From: Rhodosorus marinus CCMP1338
Taxonomy: Eukaryota; Plantae; Rhodophyta
Length of the DNA: 64,000 nt
Reading direction: 5' to 3'
Assembly (NCBI GenBank): GCA_029953675.1
Contig: JAMWBK010000005.1
Span: 744,001-808,000, forward strand
A program made the position numbers and the translations under genes. This document shows positions 45,152-57,795 of this stretch, piece after piece. Under the pieces are notes generated by a model that saw only the letters and a list, made by a program, of their open reading frames with translations, did not search any database and was not told the DNA's origin. Position 1 is the first letter of the stretch, and every line of letters starts with the position of its first letter.

Positions 45152-47338
45152 TTACACGAGGACCCTCCTCTTGATACTCCTCCCGCGTGACCACACGGCT
45201 CTCAAGATCCTGGCTCAGCGCAAGTTTGATTCCCTAAAGACGTGAAAGCGAAAAGCGTTCAGGGAGCGGTTCTTGTTCTTGCGTTCGCCCTTCACAACTC
45301 GGAACTTTACAAGTTGGCATCAAGCGATCAAGCATGAGATTAGTTCAGTCCGCAGGAGTTGGTACGAATCCCCAACCAAACTGCCTTCATGCATGACCGC
45401 TTCCATCGCAGCTTGGGCCTCACTGTCCGGGAAGCCATCTTTACCGCCCCGCGGGGGGGGGGGGTAGCGATGGCATTTGTAACAATTGAAACTATGACCT
45501 TACTCCTTTCACCGCGGACAATTCAGGATCCTTGTCCATGGTCAGTGCTAGATCGTACTCATCCGGCGCCAGGGCTCTCAGCTCCGCCGTAAGTCGCTTC
45601 TCGAAGCCTGAAACGGATTTGGGAAAAGGGCCGTTCATCCGTCAGAAACCATCTACGAGACGTGCTGAGCGCGGGCACGTGAAAGGCGGTTTCGTCACCT
45701 GGAAGCTTGCAGTTTCCTCCTGACAGGACGATGTTGTTGTAAACGCGTCCCTGGAGTTGTTTCGGGAGGGCAGCGATAGATTCTACGATGATCTCGTGCA
45801 ATCCTCCTTGGTGCAATCCCAGATCAGACGGATGGAACAGAGCCTCAGGAATGCTAATTCTCTCCTGAAACCACCGAGAACAAACGAGTCCAAGTCGGGT
45901 TAGCTCAACAACTAAAACGTCCCTCGAGGCAAAGCCGGTGCACTCACGTTGTTGAGCGTGAGGGTTGGTTGCTCCTGCTGACCGGGATCGCCTTTCGCTC
46001 TTTTGGGTACTAGAGTGCGGGCACGAGAAATTCAAAAAAAAATTGTCGGACATGACGGATACACAAACGACGATGGAAACTAAACGCAGAACCTTTCTTT
46101 GGCACTTTGGGGTTCGTACCTGATGGTCTTGAATACCCGAACCGGTTTTCCTTGTCTGATACGTGCGTCTGGGGTTGCATGAAATAATCGCAAACGCATA
46201 GATCAGGTTATTTTGATTTTCCCTCAGTGCAAGTCATCCTGTAGCTGATGATGTGCTGCTCACCGGAAGAACATAGTCGATCATCGTCTTGTTGCCTTCA
46301 TTCAACGGGAGTCGAGTTTCCTCGAGCTCTGGTAAGAAATCCTGAGCCACATAACATAACTCCTCCTTCGCTGCATTGATCACGAGAAATTCATCCATCA
46401 TGTTCCAGCTGCGAAAGCTTACGACCTCTTTGAGCTGATTTGTAAGGACTTTCCCTCCGAGATCCAGCCTCCTAGAGTACTGCTGCTGCGCACCGGAATT
46501 GAGAATCGGCACAGCATGGCTAAACGAAAAGCCAGAATCGAGCACGAGACCATCTGTAACATCGAAGTGCCTCGCTACCAGAGCCTGGGTTTCACACCAG
46601 CGGCAACCTGATTCTTAGTAAAACGGAACAGACGTGCGCATCGGACATAACCTGAGCGCAAAAGGGGAATGATTACCGCTGGTGGAGCTGAATAGTACGA
46701 AGCAAAACCGAACTCCTCAAACACTAGCTCGTCCATCCCCCTTCTCAAACTTCCTGGTAATGCAATCGGTTCTGTCACTACTAAACAGTTTTCCTTCGGA
46801 TCGACTAGAGGAGGAGAAGGAGCATTACCACGTTAGCGATCCAGGGAAGAGGTCGTGCCCTCGAACTGGAGAAGAGTGAAATCAGCATCTCAGTACCTTT
46901 GCTTCGACTGAAGATATACTTCCAAACGTCCCTTTGAAGGTCCCATTCCTTCACATAACCTCGCTCGATCGGCCGTCTAAAGAACAGTCCTGCGCCAATG
47001 GTAGTGAAGCCGCCGGACGGAAACGAACAACGACGATATTGAAGTGTTTCAACAAGGTGCTCCTAAGCTTCTCCAAGCGCAATCATTGCATCGTGCCTAC
47101 CAGAATAGGAGGGTAAATCGTACAACTCGGACGAGACGAGAAAACCGCCGTTTCTCTTCGTTGCAACACTGGAAGATTTTTTCGGAGGCTTCGCTACAGC
47201 ATTCGGGAAGACCTCAGCAGAAGATGAAACGCCCTCGACGTCACAACCTCTGCTCCTTTCTTCAGCGGACACATAGCCAGTCTTAATATTGTAACCGCCG
47301 TTGTCTAGCACGACGATTCCCTTCCCGTCAAGTGCCAT
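45152..47338 (-). CDS. ARP6: Actin-related protein 6 (SWR1 complex)
   Basis: IVVLDNGGYNIK, LTEP, VFEEFGF, VLDSGFSFSHAVP, RRLDLGGKVLTNQLKEVVSFRSWNMMDE..INAAKE.LCYV, ERISIPEALFHPSDLG, NIVLSGGN and VVTREEYQE. Confidence 0.92.
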
Positions 47339-47399
47339 TCGTGTCCGTCGAAGAACACAAAACCAACACTCGATCAAACATGCATGTAGAATGAACAAG

Positions 47400-48260
47400 C
47401 AGGTCTCATGGCATCGCCATAGAAACCAAAAGTATACATCATCTTCAACTGTGGCGAGCAGGTGACAAGCCTACTCAACCTACGTCCTAATCCAATGCCC
47501 ATGTACACCACGGGGGTCTTGCTAAGCAAGGGACGACTGGGAAAAAATTTCCTCCGCCTGGGGAGTCGTAGTGTGCTGCGAGTACTTATGCAGCGGAATG
47601 ATGCAACTATATAAACTTAGGCGCTTGGAACAACGCTGATTCTTCGCAGTCTGTTTAAGGAAGCTACGTCAACGCAGGCGCTCACGCCCCTCTGACGCTC
47701 TGCCGCCTGCCTTGGCTACAGGGACCTTGGTCCTTGTTGGATTGAAGTCTGTAAGACTTAGATAGAGCAAAGGGTTTGTTACGTTGCTTGATAGTGTTTC
47801 AGAGGCTGCCCTAATATACTTTCCCGATAGTTCAGTTCCTTTTGAGTGGAGCTCTCTGGCGCTGTAAAGCTGCCCTTGTCCTCGAGATCGCGTTTCCATG
47901 GGCGCAGTAAGACCGCCAACATCAGCTTGATGTGAAGTTTTCTCGTTCCGTGATGGATTCGTTTGTTCTTCTCCAGAATGTAGCTCTCACGAAGCAAGGA
48001 GTGCTGTCTGTCGGTATCTGCAGGACGCCCTATGCCGGCCGGGTCAGTGGGTTTGCGAGGTAAATGTACCCCCGTTTTTCCGTGGTGTAAGCTCGAATGT
48101 GTTTGGGTTGTGAACGATGCATGAGCTAGACGAACAGGATGTGCACGGCGCTTTGGCTAGCTTGTATTGCTCTTGACTCTCTATGAATTTTTCTGCAGAG
48201 TTAACATCTGGAAAAAGTATCGTCCATGAGCTCTTCTCGGACTCTTTATTAATAGAGGTT
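47400..48260 (-). mobile_element. Degenerate RLE non-LTR retrotransposon 3' relic
   Basis: SEKSSWTILFP (about 48240-48210), CTSC..H, GRH (48040-48032), HQADV, HKY (47590-47582), IF and FLWRCHE (LWR at 47422-47414) in the expected order. Confidence 0.4.
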
Positions 48261-48549
48261 AAATGCATTTTACAAGTTCTTTTCGGATCCCCCGGGGCTG
48301 ATCCACAGGCCGAATTCTAAAAGCGTTCGGGGTCGGATCTGTTCGTTCTCATACCTCCCAGTTCAGAGGTCTGAGCAGGTTGTTCTCCGGTCTTCAGTGT
48401 TGTGAAGAGAAGCAGACCCATTCTTCTTCAAGGCCACAGCTCGAAGCTTCGAGTCTTATCCATCCGGTCTCATCCAACCCACTACAGTGACAATACAAAC
48501 CTGCCTTTGGATTATCGAACTGTTCCCAGATCGCTCAAGCGCATCCAGC

Positions 48550-51500
48550 TCAAAGGATATCGTTTGTCCAGTACTGGAACTTGTCGTAGCCAACAGTCCA
48601 CTGGTTGTGATAACTTTGGTTGACAAGTTTGTTGATTTTCGAAATCGCTTCCTTTTCTGGGATTCCTGGAAAGAACCGTTTGCGCAGGTGGTCGACGAGA
48701 GGTTTTCCACCCTTCATGCACGGCATCTGAGTTCCTTCCACCATGATTTCCACGAGGGTGATGATCACCTCTGAGTGCTTCCGGGCGGCCATGAAGCCAG
48801 CGACAAAGAGCTCACGGAACATTTGAAAAGTTCGGCTCTTGTGGCCACCCATCACGCCAACAAAGTCCTGGCTCAGTTTGAACGGGGCGGCCTCGAAATT
48901 GATATTTCCCGGGGTGTTTGAAAGCATATACCCGAAATCTATATGTATCAAACACCCAGAGGTGTCAAGCATGATATTACCATTGTGTCGGTCCTTCAAC
49001 TGTGCCGGAGGACGCAATAAACAGCCGTTCAGTGCCTCGTCCAACCACTCATGATATGTTCGTGGAGAGCGAATGTACTGACCTGCAAGAAGTAGGAGAC
49101 TAGGGAATAACCCGCAAGAGATCTAACGAACGTACTCAACGCCGTTGTGAACCGGTTCGAGTCCACAGGACCGAACGCTATCTCGAAAAACTGGCGTAGG
49201 CTTTTCAGTTTCGGACTCTTCTTCTTCAGGCCGTGGATTGTCACCGCGTTCGGAACAAGTTCAACAAGTCCAGCGTCCGAGGCCAGGCATATTATCGTGA
49301 AAGGTCGCAGGATTGTTTGGACAGACTCTGAGCGGAAGATAGAGTCAAACTGGGTTATCAGCTGGATTGCAAGCTGCTCCTGCCTGAGGTCGTCTCCCGC
49401 TTTGACAATTAACGCGTAGATTTGTCTATCAGGTATTCCGTTGAAGGGTGAGTTTCCCAGAATTCGCTTTTCTTTGTCCTCCCAGAGCTCTCCAAATGTG
49501 TTGCCAAGCATTTTCTCTCTTGCTCGGTTAGCCGCCTTGTTCTTAACATCATCTTGTTGAACAACCAGTTCTTCAGGTTCCTCGACATATTTCATCTGAT
49601 CGTGCACTATGTGCTCGCAGAATATGCTCCCATCACTATTGATCAGCTTGCTTCTGACCACCTTCGGAAATGCCCAGCAACAGAATCCTTCTGTTAGATG
49701 CCCTGGCATTGCACATGCCTTTCAAAAGAGAAAAGCGATAGTTCCGTAACAGATGCCTTACCTCAACAAATAACATGTACGGAACCCTCTCTTTCGTGCT
49801 GAGGACAACGCTCTCGTCAGGAAGAGTTCGCAGCATTCTTATAGCTCTCTTTTTCGATCGTATGAGAGGAATATGTGGTGCTCGCAAGAAAGCATTTGGT
49901 CCTGCGGCAACTACAGCGGCTGGCGTCGTCTCCTCGAGATCCTGAGTCATTCCTGTTGGCTCAAAGCATTAGGGGAGCTTGAGAAAAAAACTATACAGGC
50001 ACTGCCATTGAAAATCTAAAATACATGCGAGCGATACATACTCTCGAGGATAAGAGCGTCCACTAATTTGAGGGAGACCTTCAAGTACTTCTTACGATCC
50101 CCCTTCGGTATCTTCCGCAGTTTGATTGAAATTGTCATTAGATCCCTCATCAATTGCAGACTGTCATTGAAGTAATTGAATCGCTCTTGTTTCAGAGTCA
50201 GGTATCTCAGCGCATCCAAGTGTCCTTCGTCCCCTTCATCCTCCAGAAAATGATGAATTTCTATCAGCTTCCTGCGGAGTGCCTTTGCGCTCACTGCACG
50301 CAGCTCCTGTTCCGGCTTTTCGTAGTCATAAATATACCGACCGCTTGATTGACTCAAGGCCGATCCGGATGAGTCTCTCCGGGGGCCTGCAGCATCTGCT
50401 TGTTCATCTCCGGTTCTGAAATCGTTATCCCCATCGCCTTTCAGAGGTTCATCTTCGTCAGCTTTTCCGTCTTCTGTGTGGTTGGCCAAACCTAAGGGGC
50501 CAGTTTCCGAAGTCAGACTCTTCCCTTCAGCCCCCTCATGATCGACACCGTGTCCAGGCTCCTTGACGGGATCCAAAGCGACTCTCGCCTCATGCGAAAC
50601 CTCAAGCTTTCCCTCATCTTCCTCTGCATGTATCATTTCTGTTTCATTAGTGCTATCCCCTTCAACGTCCGAAGTTTGATCATTTCTTTCCTCTGATCCC
50701 TCGTCTTCGTTCTTACTAGCATGGGAGTCTGACTTGCTGGAAACCTTAGCTAACCGGTCTCCACCAGCGTCGTAAGCCTCTGGCTCAGCGTGTAGGTTAG
50801 GATTGAAATGTACCGTACTAGGCCGCGCATCGTGTTCAGACCCAGCCTCGGATTTTGCATCTTCCATTAAGCACTGTTCAAGCATGTCACCAAGCTGACT
50901 TTCGTTCCATGAGCTGTCAGCTTCCTCCTCATTCAGAGCACTGCTCCTAGAGGCCGGCTTCATGCCCAAGCAGGTCAGTTGTGTAGCGTTGGAGTTAATC
51001 GCTTTTAGTGGGCTTGAGTTTTGCTCCATGGAACACTTCTTCAGACGGACTTTGTACGGTCTCACCTGATTCTCTAACATGCTGTCTTCCTGGGGTTCCA
51101 AACTGGGATCAACGGGGACGGACTCTCTTGACAGTTCGTATGTCGCGAGCTCCATCTCTTTTGCGTCTTCAGTGTGCATGTTGAAAGGCCCATTCACGGC
51201 GCTGATCTCACAGCGGGTCCGGAGCTCTTGTCGAAATCTTGTAGAATTGCCAAGGTTGTTGATGACTGCGTCCTCTACTGATGCTTCAAGGAACCAGTAA
51301 ACCTGAAGAGCGAAATGAACAGATGATGCGCATTTATCCATAAGAAGGCGTTCGATCGTCGGACTTCCTCGGAGGTGGTAGACAATCATGTGACTAGTAT
51401 GAGATTCGGAGCAAGCGCGTTGTCAGTCGAAAGTGAAAACCAAACTGGTTAAAGGACGCGCCTACCTTATTTGGGGTAGATAGTTCTCCATATCAAGGTA

Positions 51501-51716
51501 CTCCAAGTTGTATAGTTCATTGCAGAGGTAGTCGAGAACCCCTCTGTTCCGCCTGTATTTGTAAATATACGCTATAGCCATCCAAGCATCGAAAAAGTCG
51601 GACCGAAAGAGTCGCAGAAGCCATCCAAGGTTGAGCCCATCATCCTTCGAGCTCCTCGTCACCTCGAAGCGAGGATCCAAATCCAAGTTCTTAATCTGAA
51701 ATCTACTTCTATCCAT
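48550..51716 (-). CDS. PI4KB: Phosphatidylinositol 4-kinase beta (PIK1 type) with a long acidic insertion
   Basis: WLLRLFRSDFFDAWMAIAYIY, HFALQVYWFL, VLSTKERVPYMLFVEV, IVKAGDDLRQEQLAIQL, SLAGYSLVSYFLQ, LKDRHNGNI..IHIDFG, FEAAPFKL and YDKFQY..N.I. Confidence 0.95.
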
Positions 51717-52260
51717 ATCTCTCAAATAAACGTAAAACAGAATTAAAACAACTAGGCGTGAAACACGCCGCGACCCCCCAAAAAAGGAGTTCTACCCGCT
51801 GACACCCTCAAAAAGATTGCCTCGTCACGGAGACGAATTAGCTTTCACGCCTAACACATTGGTCTCATGAAGAGCAGTCTATTCTCCCCCACTCTAGCTA
51901 TGCAACCGTTCCTCAAGCACAAATTCTAGACACAACCGAAAAACAACAAATCAGACTTTCTCAAAAGCCGACTTTGTCTTTCTTCAAGGCTATCCCGTCT
52001 AGTTCACCATACAGCACCCACAACACCAAAAAAAAGCAAAAACCCACAAATCCACACTGTTCAACACATCATCTCTCACAAATGGACTTCCCTTCAAAAC
52101 ACCTACTCCAGAACGCTTCCACCAGCACTACCGGCTTTGGTCAATGCCAACAGCCCCAATTCTCAGATAAAAGCCGAAGAAAATTTCAGTTTCCCCAATC
52201 GCTTGTAGGAATGGATTATCCAACGCTTCTATCCTTCTCAAGCCCGTGAACATGCCAGCT

Positions 52261-52311
52261 CAGCTCACCTTCCCAGCTCACCTTCCCAGTTCACCTTCCC
52301 AGTTTACCATC
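52261..52311 (+). repeat. Minisatellite, 13-nt unit CAGCTCACCTTCC x4 (last two degenerate)
   Basis: cagctcaccttcc cagctcaccttcc cagttcaccttcc cagtttaccatc. Confidence 0.85.
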
Positions 52312-52394
52312 AACTATCCCAACCGCTCTAACACAGAAACCAAAGCACTTTCTCAGGTGGACAGACTTTCCGCAACCAGCTACAACTTGTTCTT

Positions 52395-53430
52395 CTTCAC
52401 GAACTCAAATGTTGGTAAGAGGGAGCAGAAACAAAATCTCAAGTGTCTTCGAATTTATGTTGCTGTAACAGTCGAATATGGTCTGGTCAAGATAGCACAA
52501 GCAGATACAAGCACCGATTGAGGATGAGAACACGTCAAGTAGGGATTGAGAGAGACACACGCAGACTATCTCAGGGCCAAGGTCTTGTTTCAAGCACGTT
52601 TGCAACAAGCTCAATGTTAGAGAGAAGCTGAAACAAAGAATCTGAAATGCATCTGTTTGGTACAGTCGAATGTGATCTCGTCGGTCTTCTTGCGAGGCCT
52701 TATGCAACCAGCTCGATGTTAGAAAGAGCTGAAACAAAGTCTCAAGTGTTTTCCAATGCATCTGTTTCGTGAACTCCAATGAAGCACTAGGAGATACAAG
52801 CAGCGCTTGAGGATGAGAACAGGTCAGGGTTCTTTTCTCAGACTTTTGCAAGCAGCTCGATGTTAGAAAGAAGCTGAAACAAATCTCATGTGTCCTCCAA
52901 GGCACCTGTTTCGGAAAGCCAATGTGGTCTGGTCAAGCAGTGCACTGGCAGATACCATCACTGCTTGAGGATGAGATCAAGTAACGCCTCTCTCTCTAAG
53001 ACTTTCTCAAAGGCGAATGTCCTGTTGCAAGACCTTTGCAACCAGCTCGATGTTGGAGAGGCAGAAATAAATCTCAACTGTCTTCCAGTGTTTTTGTTTC
53101 GAAAGCCCAATGTGGTCTGGCCTAGTGGGAAGGCAGACGTGCACGCCATGCCAGGATGGCAAGGCGAACATGAGCTTTGCAACAACGAGAGAGGCTAGAT
53201 TGCTACAAGGTTTTCAGATTGTTGCGGAAGAAGAGTTCTACTAAGATAGATACTAGCAAAAGTACATGAAGAGAATGGAAACGAATCTGAACGACTCGTT
53301 CCATGCTCGTAAACCATAATTCTGTGCTTCGTCCTTGAGAAAGCTCGCTCGTTGGTTTCCATGTATGGCGCTGGTTCTTGTCCTCAGTATCCAGATCTCT
53401 AAGAGTTCCAGAGAGCCCTTCATGAAAAGC
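52395..53430 (+). mobile_element. Irregular array of five related segments resembling RT motifs 3-4 of a non-LTR element, followed by an RLE-linker motif
   Basis: Core CTC(G/A)ATGTT(A/G)G...GAAA(C/T)AAA at about 52404, 52609, 52711, 52855 and 53045. TGAGGATGAGA at 52519, 52808 and 52966. Translations QLDVRKS*NKVS, ADTITA*G*DQVTPLS and MPGWQGE; then EKARSLVSMYGAGS...EFQRAL (53337-53420). Confidence 0.55.
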
Positions 53431-53715
53431 AACAGGAAAGACTGAGTTCTGTGGAAGTCACTACGAAGTTTGCAAGCCTGTTTGGGCGAGCTTATCGAGT
53501 CTTGACCAATTGTTGCTTTGGCAGTGGACCTCTGAGCAGCAACTGCGAGAGAGCTTTACGCTGAGAAAGAGACAAATTGAGTCCTCATTATTCGATGGCT
53601 TGAGCAGTCTAGAATTGTCTTGCTTATTAGGCAGACTGAAATTCTGGTTTTTTCCCCGTCTTTTCTTTTATTACCTTTAAATACAGATTGCTTGTATAGA
53701 TATGCGGACCGCTGT

Positions 53716-55851
53716 CTACCTTCTGTAGCGCATGCGTCTGAAGTTGACCCACAGGTGGAAAATTCCTCTTTCAAAAGTGCACTTGAAGCCCTTCTTGTGC
53801 GAGTGTTCCCATTCACGATTGACGATCTTGAAGGCGATGTCCTCATAGGGAGGTCCGGCAACGAAGCGGAGGATGCAGACGTCTGGGTTATCAGTCTTTT
53901 GGATCTTGAAACCCGGTGCTTTGGATTTGTCGATCAGGTCCGGGTAGAAAATGTTAAATTTGTAGCCCTGGACGGTCTTTGGGGGAGGGTTGTCGTGATC
54001 GTAATGAGTCTGGTTGTACTTGTTCCATTCGTAGCCTGTATGAACCCTGTTGAAGTATTTCGGCTTCCGAGGCTTGTACTTGTCGTTCCAAGCATACTTC
54101 TTATCCAGGTTCACTTCTTCGTTGAACTTTTCCTCGTTCTCTCCCATTCCCCTCTTAGATTCACCCTTGATCATCTCCTCTTCCTTCTCTAGCCCACCCA
54201 TTTCACCACTGCCTTCCATGGTCGCTCCTTTATGCCCGTGTCTTTCTTTGTAATCCACGAAGCTCTTATTGATCTGGTTTACCCGAGCACGGGCAATGTA
54301 GTACTTCACCCGATCCAATACGACCTCCCAGTACTCTACGTCGATGTCGCCACCGCTCTGAAGCGTTTCGGATACCTCCGCGTTCATCTTCTTCAGCGTC
54401 TCCATGTCCTTCCTTTCCAAGAGCGCCTCAATTTCCTCCCGAACGGCTTCATTCACTCCTGACGAAACACCCTCGCCGCGGCTCTGAACCTGCAGATCGG
54501 CCTTCGCAATAAGGCTAAGGTTTCTCCAAAACTCGTACCGAAGCTCCTTACCGAATACTTCACCTTCGAGCCCTGCAATAAACGAATAAAAGTCAATTGT
54601 CAAAAACAACAAGTATTCATCAATCGCAAAGTTGCCCTTTGCACAGAAGCGTAAATTCATGCCAGGGCGAATCGATTCGGTCTCCAAGCACGGAAAGAGA
54701 TAAGGCATTTCGCCAACGCTTTGTGGACCTCGGTAGTGTGGTCGTAGGCCCACGCGATGGACATTCAGAGAGCTTCACAGCTTTGCGGTTAAGAACTCAC
54801 CTTCGCACTCCATGTCATACAGTTCAATGAAACGCAGTTCTTCTTCTATATGATCTACAATTTCCTTCAGCCTATCCACAGTTACCTTGGAAAGAGTTTC
54901 GTAAGGTGGGTTGGGGTCCGCCCCAACCTCGGCGAGGTCCACTCTCGAGTTTCGGGCGAGGAAGTCCGCCGGCGTCGGCCGGTGTTCCCGCAGCCTCACC
55001 GCTTGCTTCGTGTAGAAGTTTGTCGAGTGAAAAACTTCTTCCCTGTACTCCCAATCAGCATTTTCCTCGGCTTCCTTCTCTCGAGCTACCCTGGCTTGCT
55101 CGGCCTCCCATTCGGCTCGCTCTTGGTCCCTTTCGATTCGTCTCAGTTTCGCCTATTACAGAGAGGACACGCACAATGTGGTTTAAGTACGAAGCGCGGA
55201 ATTACCTTAGAATAATGACGTCTATACCCTTCTAAGTTCGTCTTGTAGTCCGATTTTGCGACGCTCAATGTCCTCCGCATCTTCCTCTGGATTTAGCCCC
55301 ATTTTCTTCATTTTTTCGTTCTTCTTTTTCCATACGAACTGATCGTCAGAAGGTTGAAGACCTCCTTCTTCCTTCTTCTCGTCTTCCTGAACCTCTTCCT
55401 CTTGTCTCCTTGTGTCTCTTCTCGACGATTCCGTTCTCTCACGAGATCGCCTCCTCGTTGGTGAGCCCCGTCCAGAACTTCGATCATTTCCAGATTCGTA
55501 TCTCCCACTCCGTCCCCTTCCTATTCTTTCATCCCCGCTGTGTTCATCTTCAGAATACCTGTCCCCTCTTGGCCTCCTGTTCTTCAATACCTGTCTATGC
55601 CGATATCCGTCATCCTCACTCGAATCCCTCCTATCCCGTTTCCTTCCATACTTATCGCCTTTTGAATGCCTCCTATCCTCCTCAAATTCATCCCGTTTCT
55701 TCCTCTCATCCCTTCTATCCCATCCACGGCGATCCTCGTACCTCCTCGATCGTCCATCAGGACTTCGACTTGAGCTCCTGCCACCTCTTCTCCTTCCCGG
55801 AGAATACCTGCTCGATCTTCGAACTTCTACTTCTTCATTTCGGCTCCCCAT
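53716..55851 (-). CDS. CACTIN: Cactin (spliceosome-associated)
   Basis: RS-rich N-terminus, FVWKKKNEK, RLREHRPTPADFL and the C-terminal DKYKPRKPKYFNRVHTGYEWNKYNQTHYDHDNPPPKTVQGYKFNIFYPDL...GPPYEDIAFKIVNREW. Confidence 0.95.
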
Positions 55852-56299
55852 TTCGTCTTCAAAGACATCGAACCAAACCTCAAAATGATACCCAAAGTCT
55901 ACTCGTCCATTCTCTCCCCTTTCCCCGACCTCTCAAAGCCTACAAATACACTAATGAAATCCTTTCCGACAGTGCAGACAAAACATGTTCCATATTATTA
56001 GCACACTGTAGAAAATCAATAACATTACTTCGTTAAAAATAACAATATATGAAAATTTTAAAGAGAATATTTTCATTGCGACCTTTTTTTCATACCTATT
56101 GTGAATATGTCTTCGTTTCTATATAAAATATGATCGATGGGGTTACATAGGTGATGTCCAACGTTGCAATTATTCTGGAACAGTCGCGTGCAGGTGGGGT
56201 TTGTGAGTGGTGTTCGGGATGGTGAGAAGGAGTTGTGGACTGTTCGTGGATGGAGCCACCCTCTTCGTCACGTGATCGTTACTTTCTGAGAGGAGCGGC

Positions 56300-56730
56300 T
56301 CGAGATGATGCTCGTGAACACCTCCGTCTTGCGGGCGATTCTGGAGTTGGATGAGTGGCGACTGGTTGGTTTCTCTCCTGCGTGCTTGCGTTTTGGAGGT
56401 CTCTTTGACGCGCTAGTCGAGCTTCGTTTTTAGAAGGCACAGCACGAGCCAATCCGTCATTTCCAACCTCTTAAGTAGCTCGTTCGCAAGCACAAAGAGG
56501 TTGGGCCTGTGTCTCTGCGACAATGTAGACTCTAATGCGGAACTGGTTCCGGAACTTCATTCACTTGTTCTCTGAACTGCAGAATATGATGATACATGAA
56601 GCCCTGGCTTTGGTCTAACAGTTCTCCCAAAGATCGAGACTAAGAGAACTCAGGCAGAGCTTCTTTCCAGACTGATCTGCTTTCTAGATAATCGCGCATC
56701 TTGGACGACGCGTCTGTAGTGATGCGTTTT
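56300..56730 (+). mobile_element. Degenerate RLE non-LTR retrotransposon 3' relic
   Basis: AREHLRLAGDSGVG*V (56310-56357), KRLGL (about 56495-56509), HSL, IHE (56592-56600), FPD (56664-56672) and GRRVCSD (56703-56723), in the expected order. Confidence 0.4.
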
Positions 56731-56747
56731 GACCCATGGCCGTGATC

Positions 56748-57297
56748 TTATCCTCCTTGAGCTGGTAGTTCTGCCTGTGACTTTTGTAGTACCTCCCCTA
56801 TCTTGTTCGTCGCCTATTGATCAAATGGCAGAGCAGGTTTCAGGATCGAAACAGACGTTTTCGACGTCCTCGCAATTCGTGATATAGAAAGGATCAACTC
56901 GAAAATATCAGACTCTGCGAGAAGTGGAAGGCTTACGTCAAGGTACTTTCCAACGCATCGATCAACGCATACCTTCTCGCCAGTGTTAAGCTCAGAGTCA
57001 GTGTACCGAGGGACGCACTTTTTGAAGCACTGATCTGCCATTCTAACAAAAGTGTGCGAGTAGGTTATTGATCTGAGTAAGCTGCCCTTAAGCCAAAAGA
57101 GTTCACCCTCAAAGAGGCCTGAGGAGTAGGTAGATAGGATTCACTATCCATGCCAAGACTCAAACCAACAGCCCATCCGGAAAAGCAAACGAGAAAGAGA
57201 AAATACGAAACGGACGTTCAGACACTTACTTGTTGAAGAGATCAGCGTAGAACGTGATCTCCTGCTTCATTAATTCATACTGATTAGGCATCGCCAT
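56748..57297 (-). CDS. TIM10: Small Tim chaperone Tim10
   Basis: [22 protein letters not shown] / [35 protein letters not shown] / [21 protein letters not shown]; twin CX3C motif. Confidence 0.85.
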
Positions 57298-57795
57298 GAC
57301 GAAGGCTCCACGTCCGCTCGATGATCCAAGACTTGTCAATATAGTTAGTAAGTCTCGATCAATACATATCGTCCGCCTCACCATCATCCGAACGCAATCT
57401 GATCAGCGGTGAAGACGCCAATCCGAGGCTTAGAGATCCACAAAACAAAATTTCAATTAAAAACGCCGGACAACCTTCTTTGGAGCTTGTCGAATCTGAT
57501 TGGATTCAATACTGAGTAGCAAGGCAACCCATTGGCTTATAGGCATGACTACATCTTCTGACTGGATACTAGCTCCTTGAATAGTTTTGTTTTTAGATGT
57601 AGCTTCTGACGAAAAGGGTTTCTTGGTTTTTAATTAGTTTTTAAATAGTCTTTGTGAACATCATGCTGCTCATGGCCCGGCAAGACGAAGCCTGTGTTCT
57701 TGCTGCCGTTTCGAGAGTTTTTGAGCGGCTCTGACTTGGAAGCATGTAAATCAATATAGCAGTAGATCCCGATGTGAGGACCTACAAGTTTTGTT

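Noticed and set aside
52400-53200. CRISPR-like repeat-spacer array
   Set aside because: The repeats are degenerate, the spacing is irregular (102-205 nt), the inter-core sequences are homologous to each other, the context is eukaryotic and there are no cas genes.
53620-54192. 190-aa plus-strand ORF
   Set aside because: Antisense shadow of the cactin C-terminal exon.
55410-56036. 208-aa and 158-aa plus-strand ORFs
   Set aside because: Antisense shadows of the low-complexity RS-rich cactin N-terminus.
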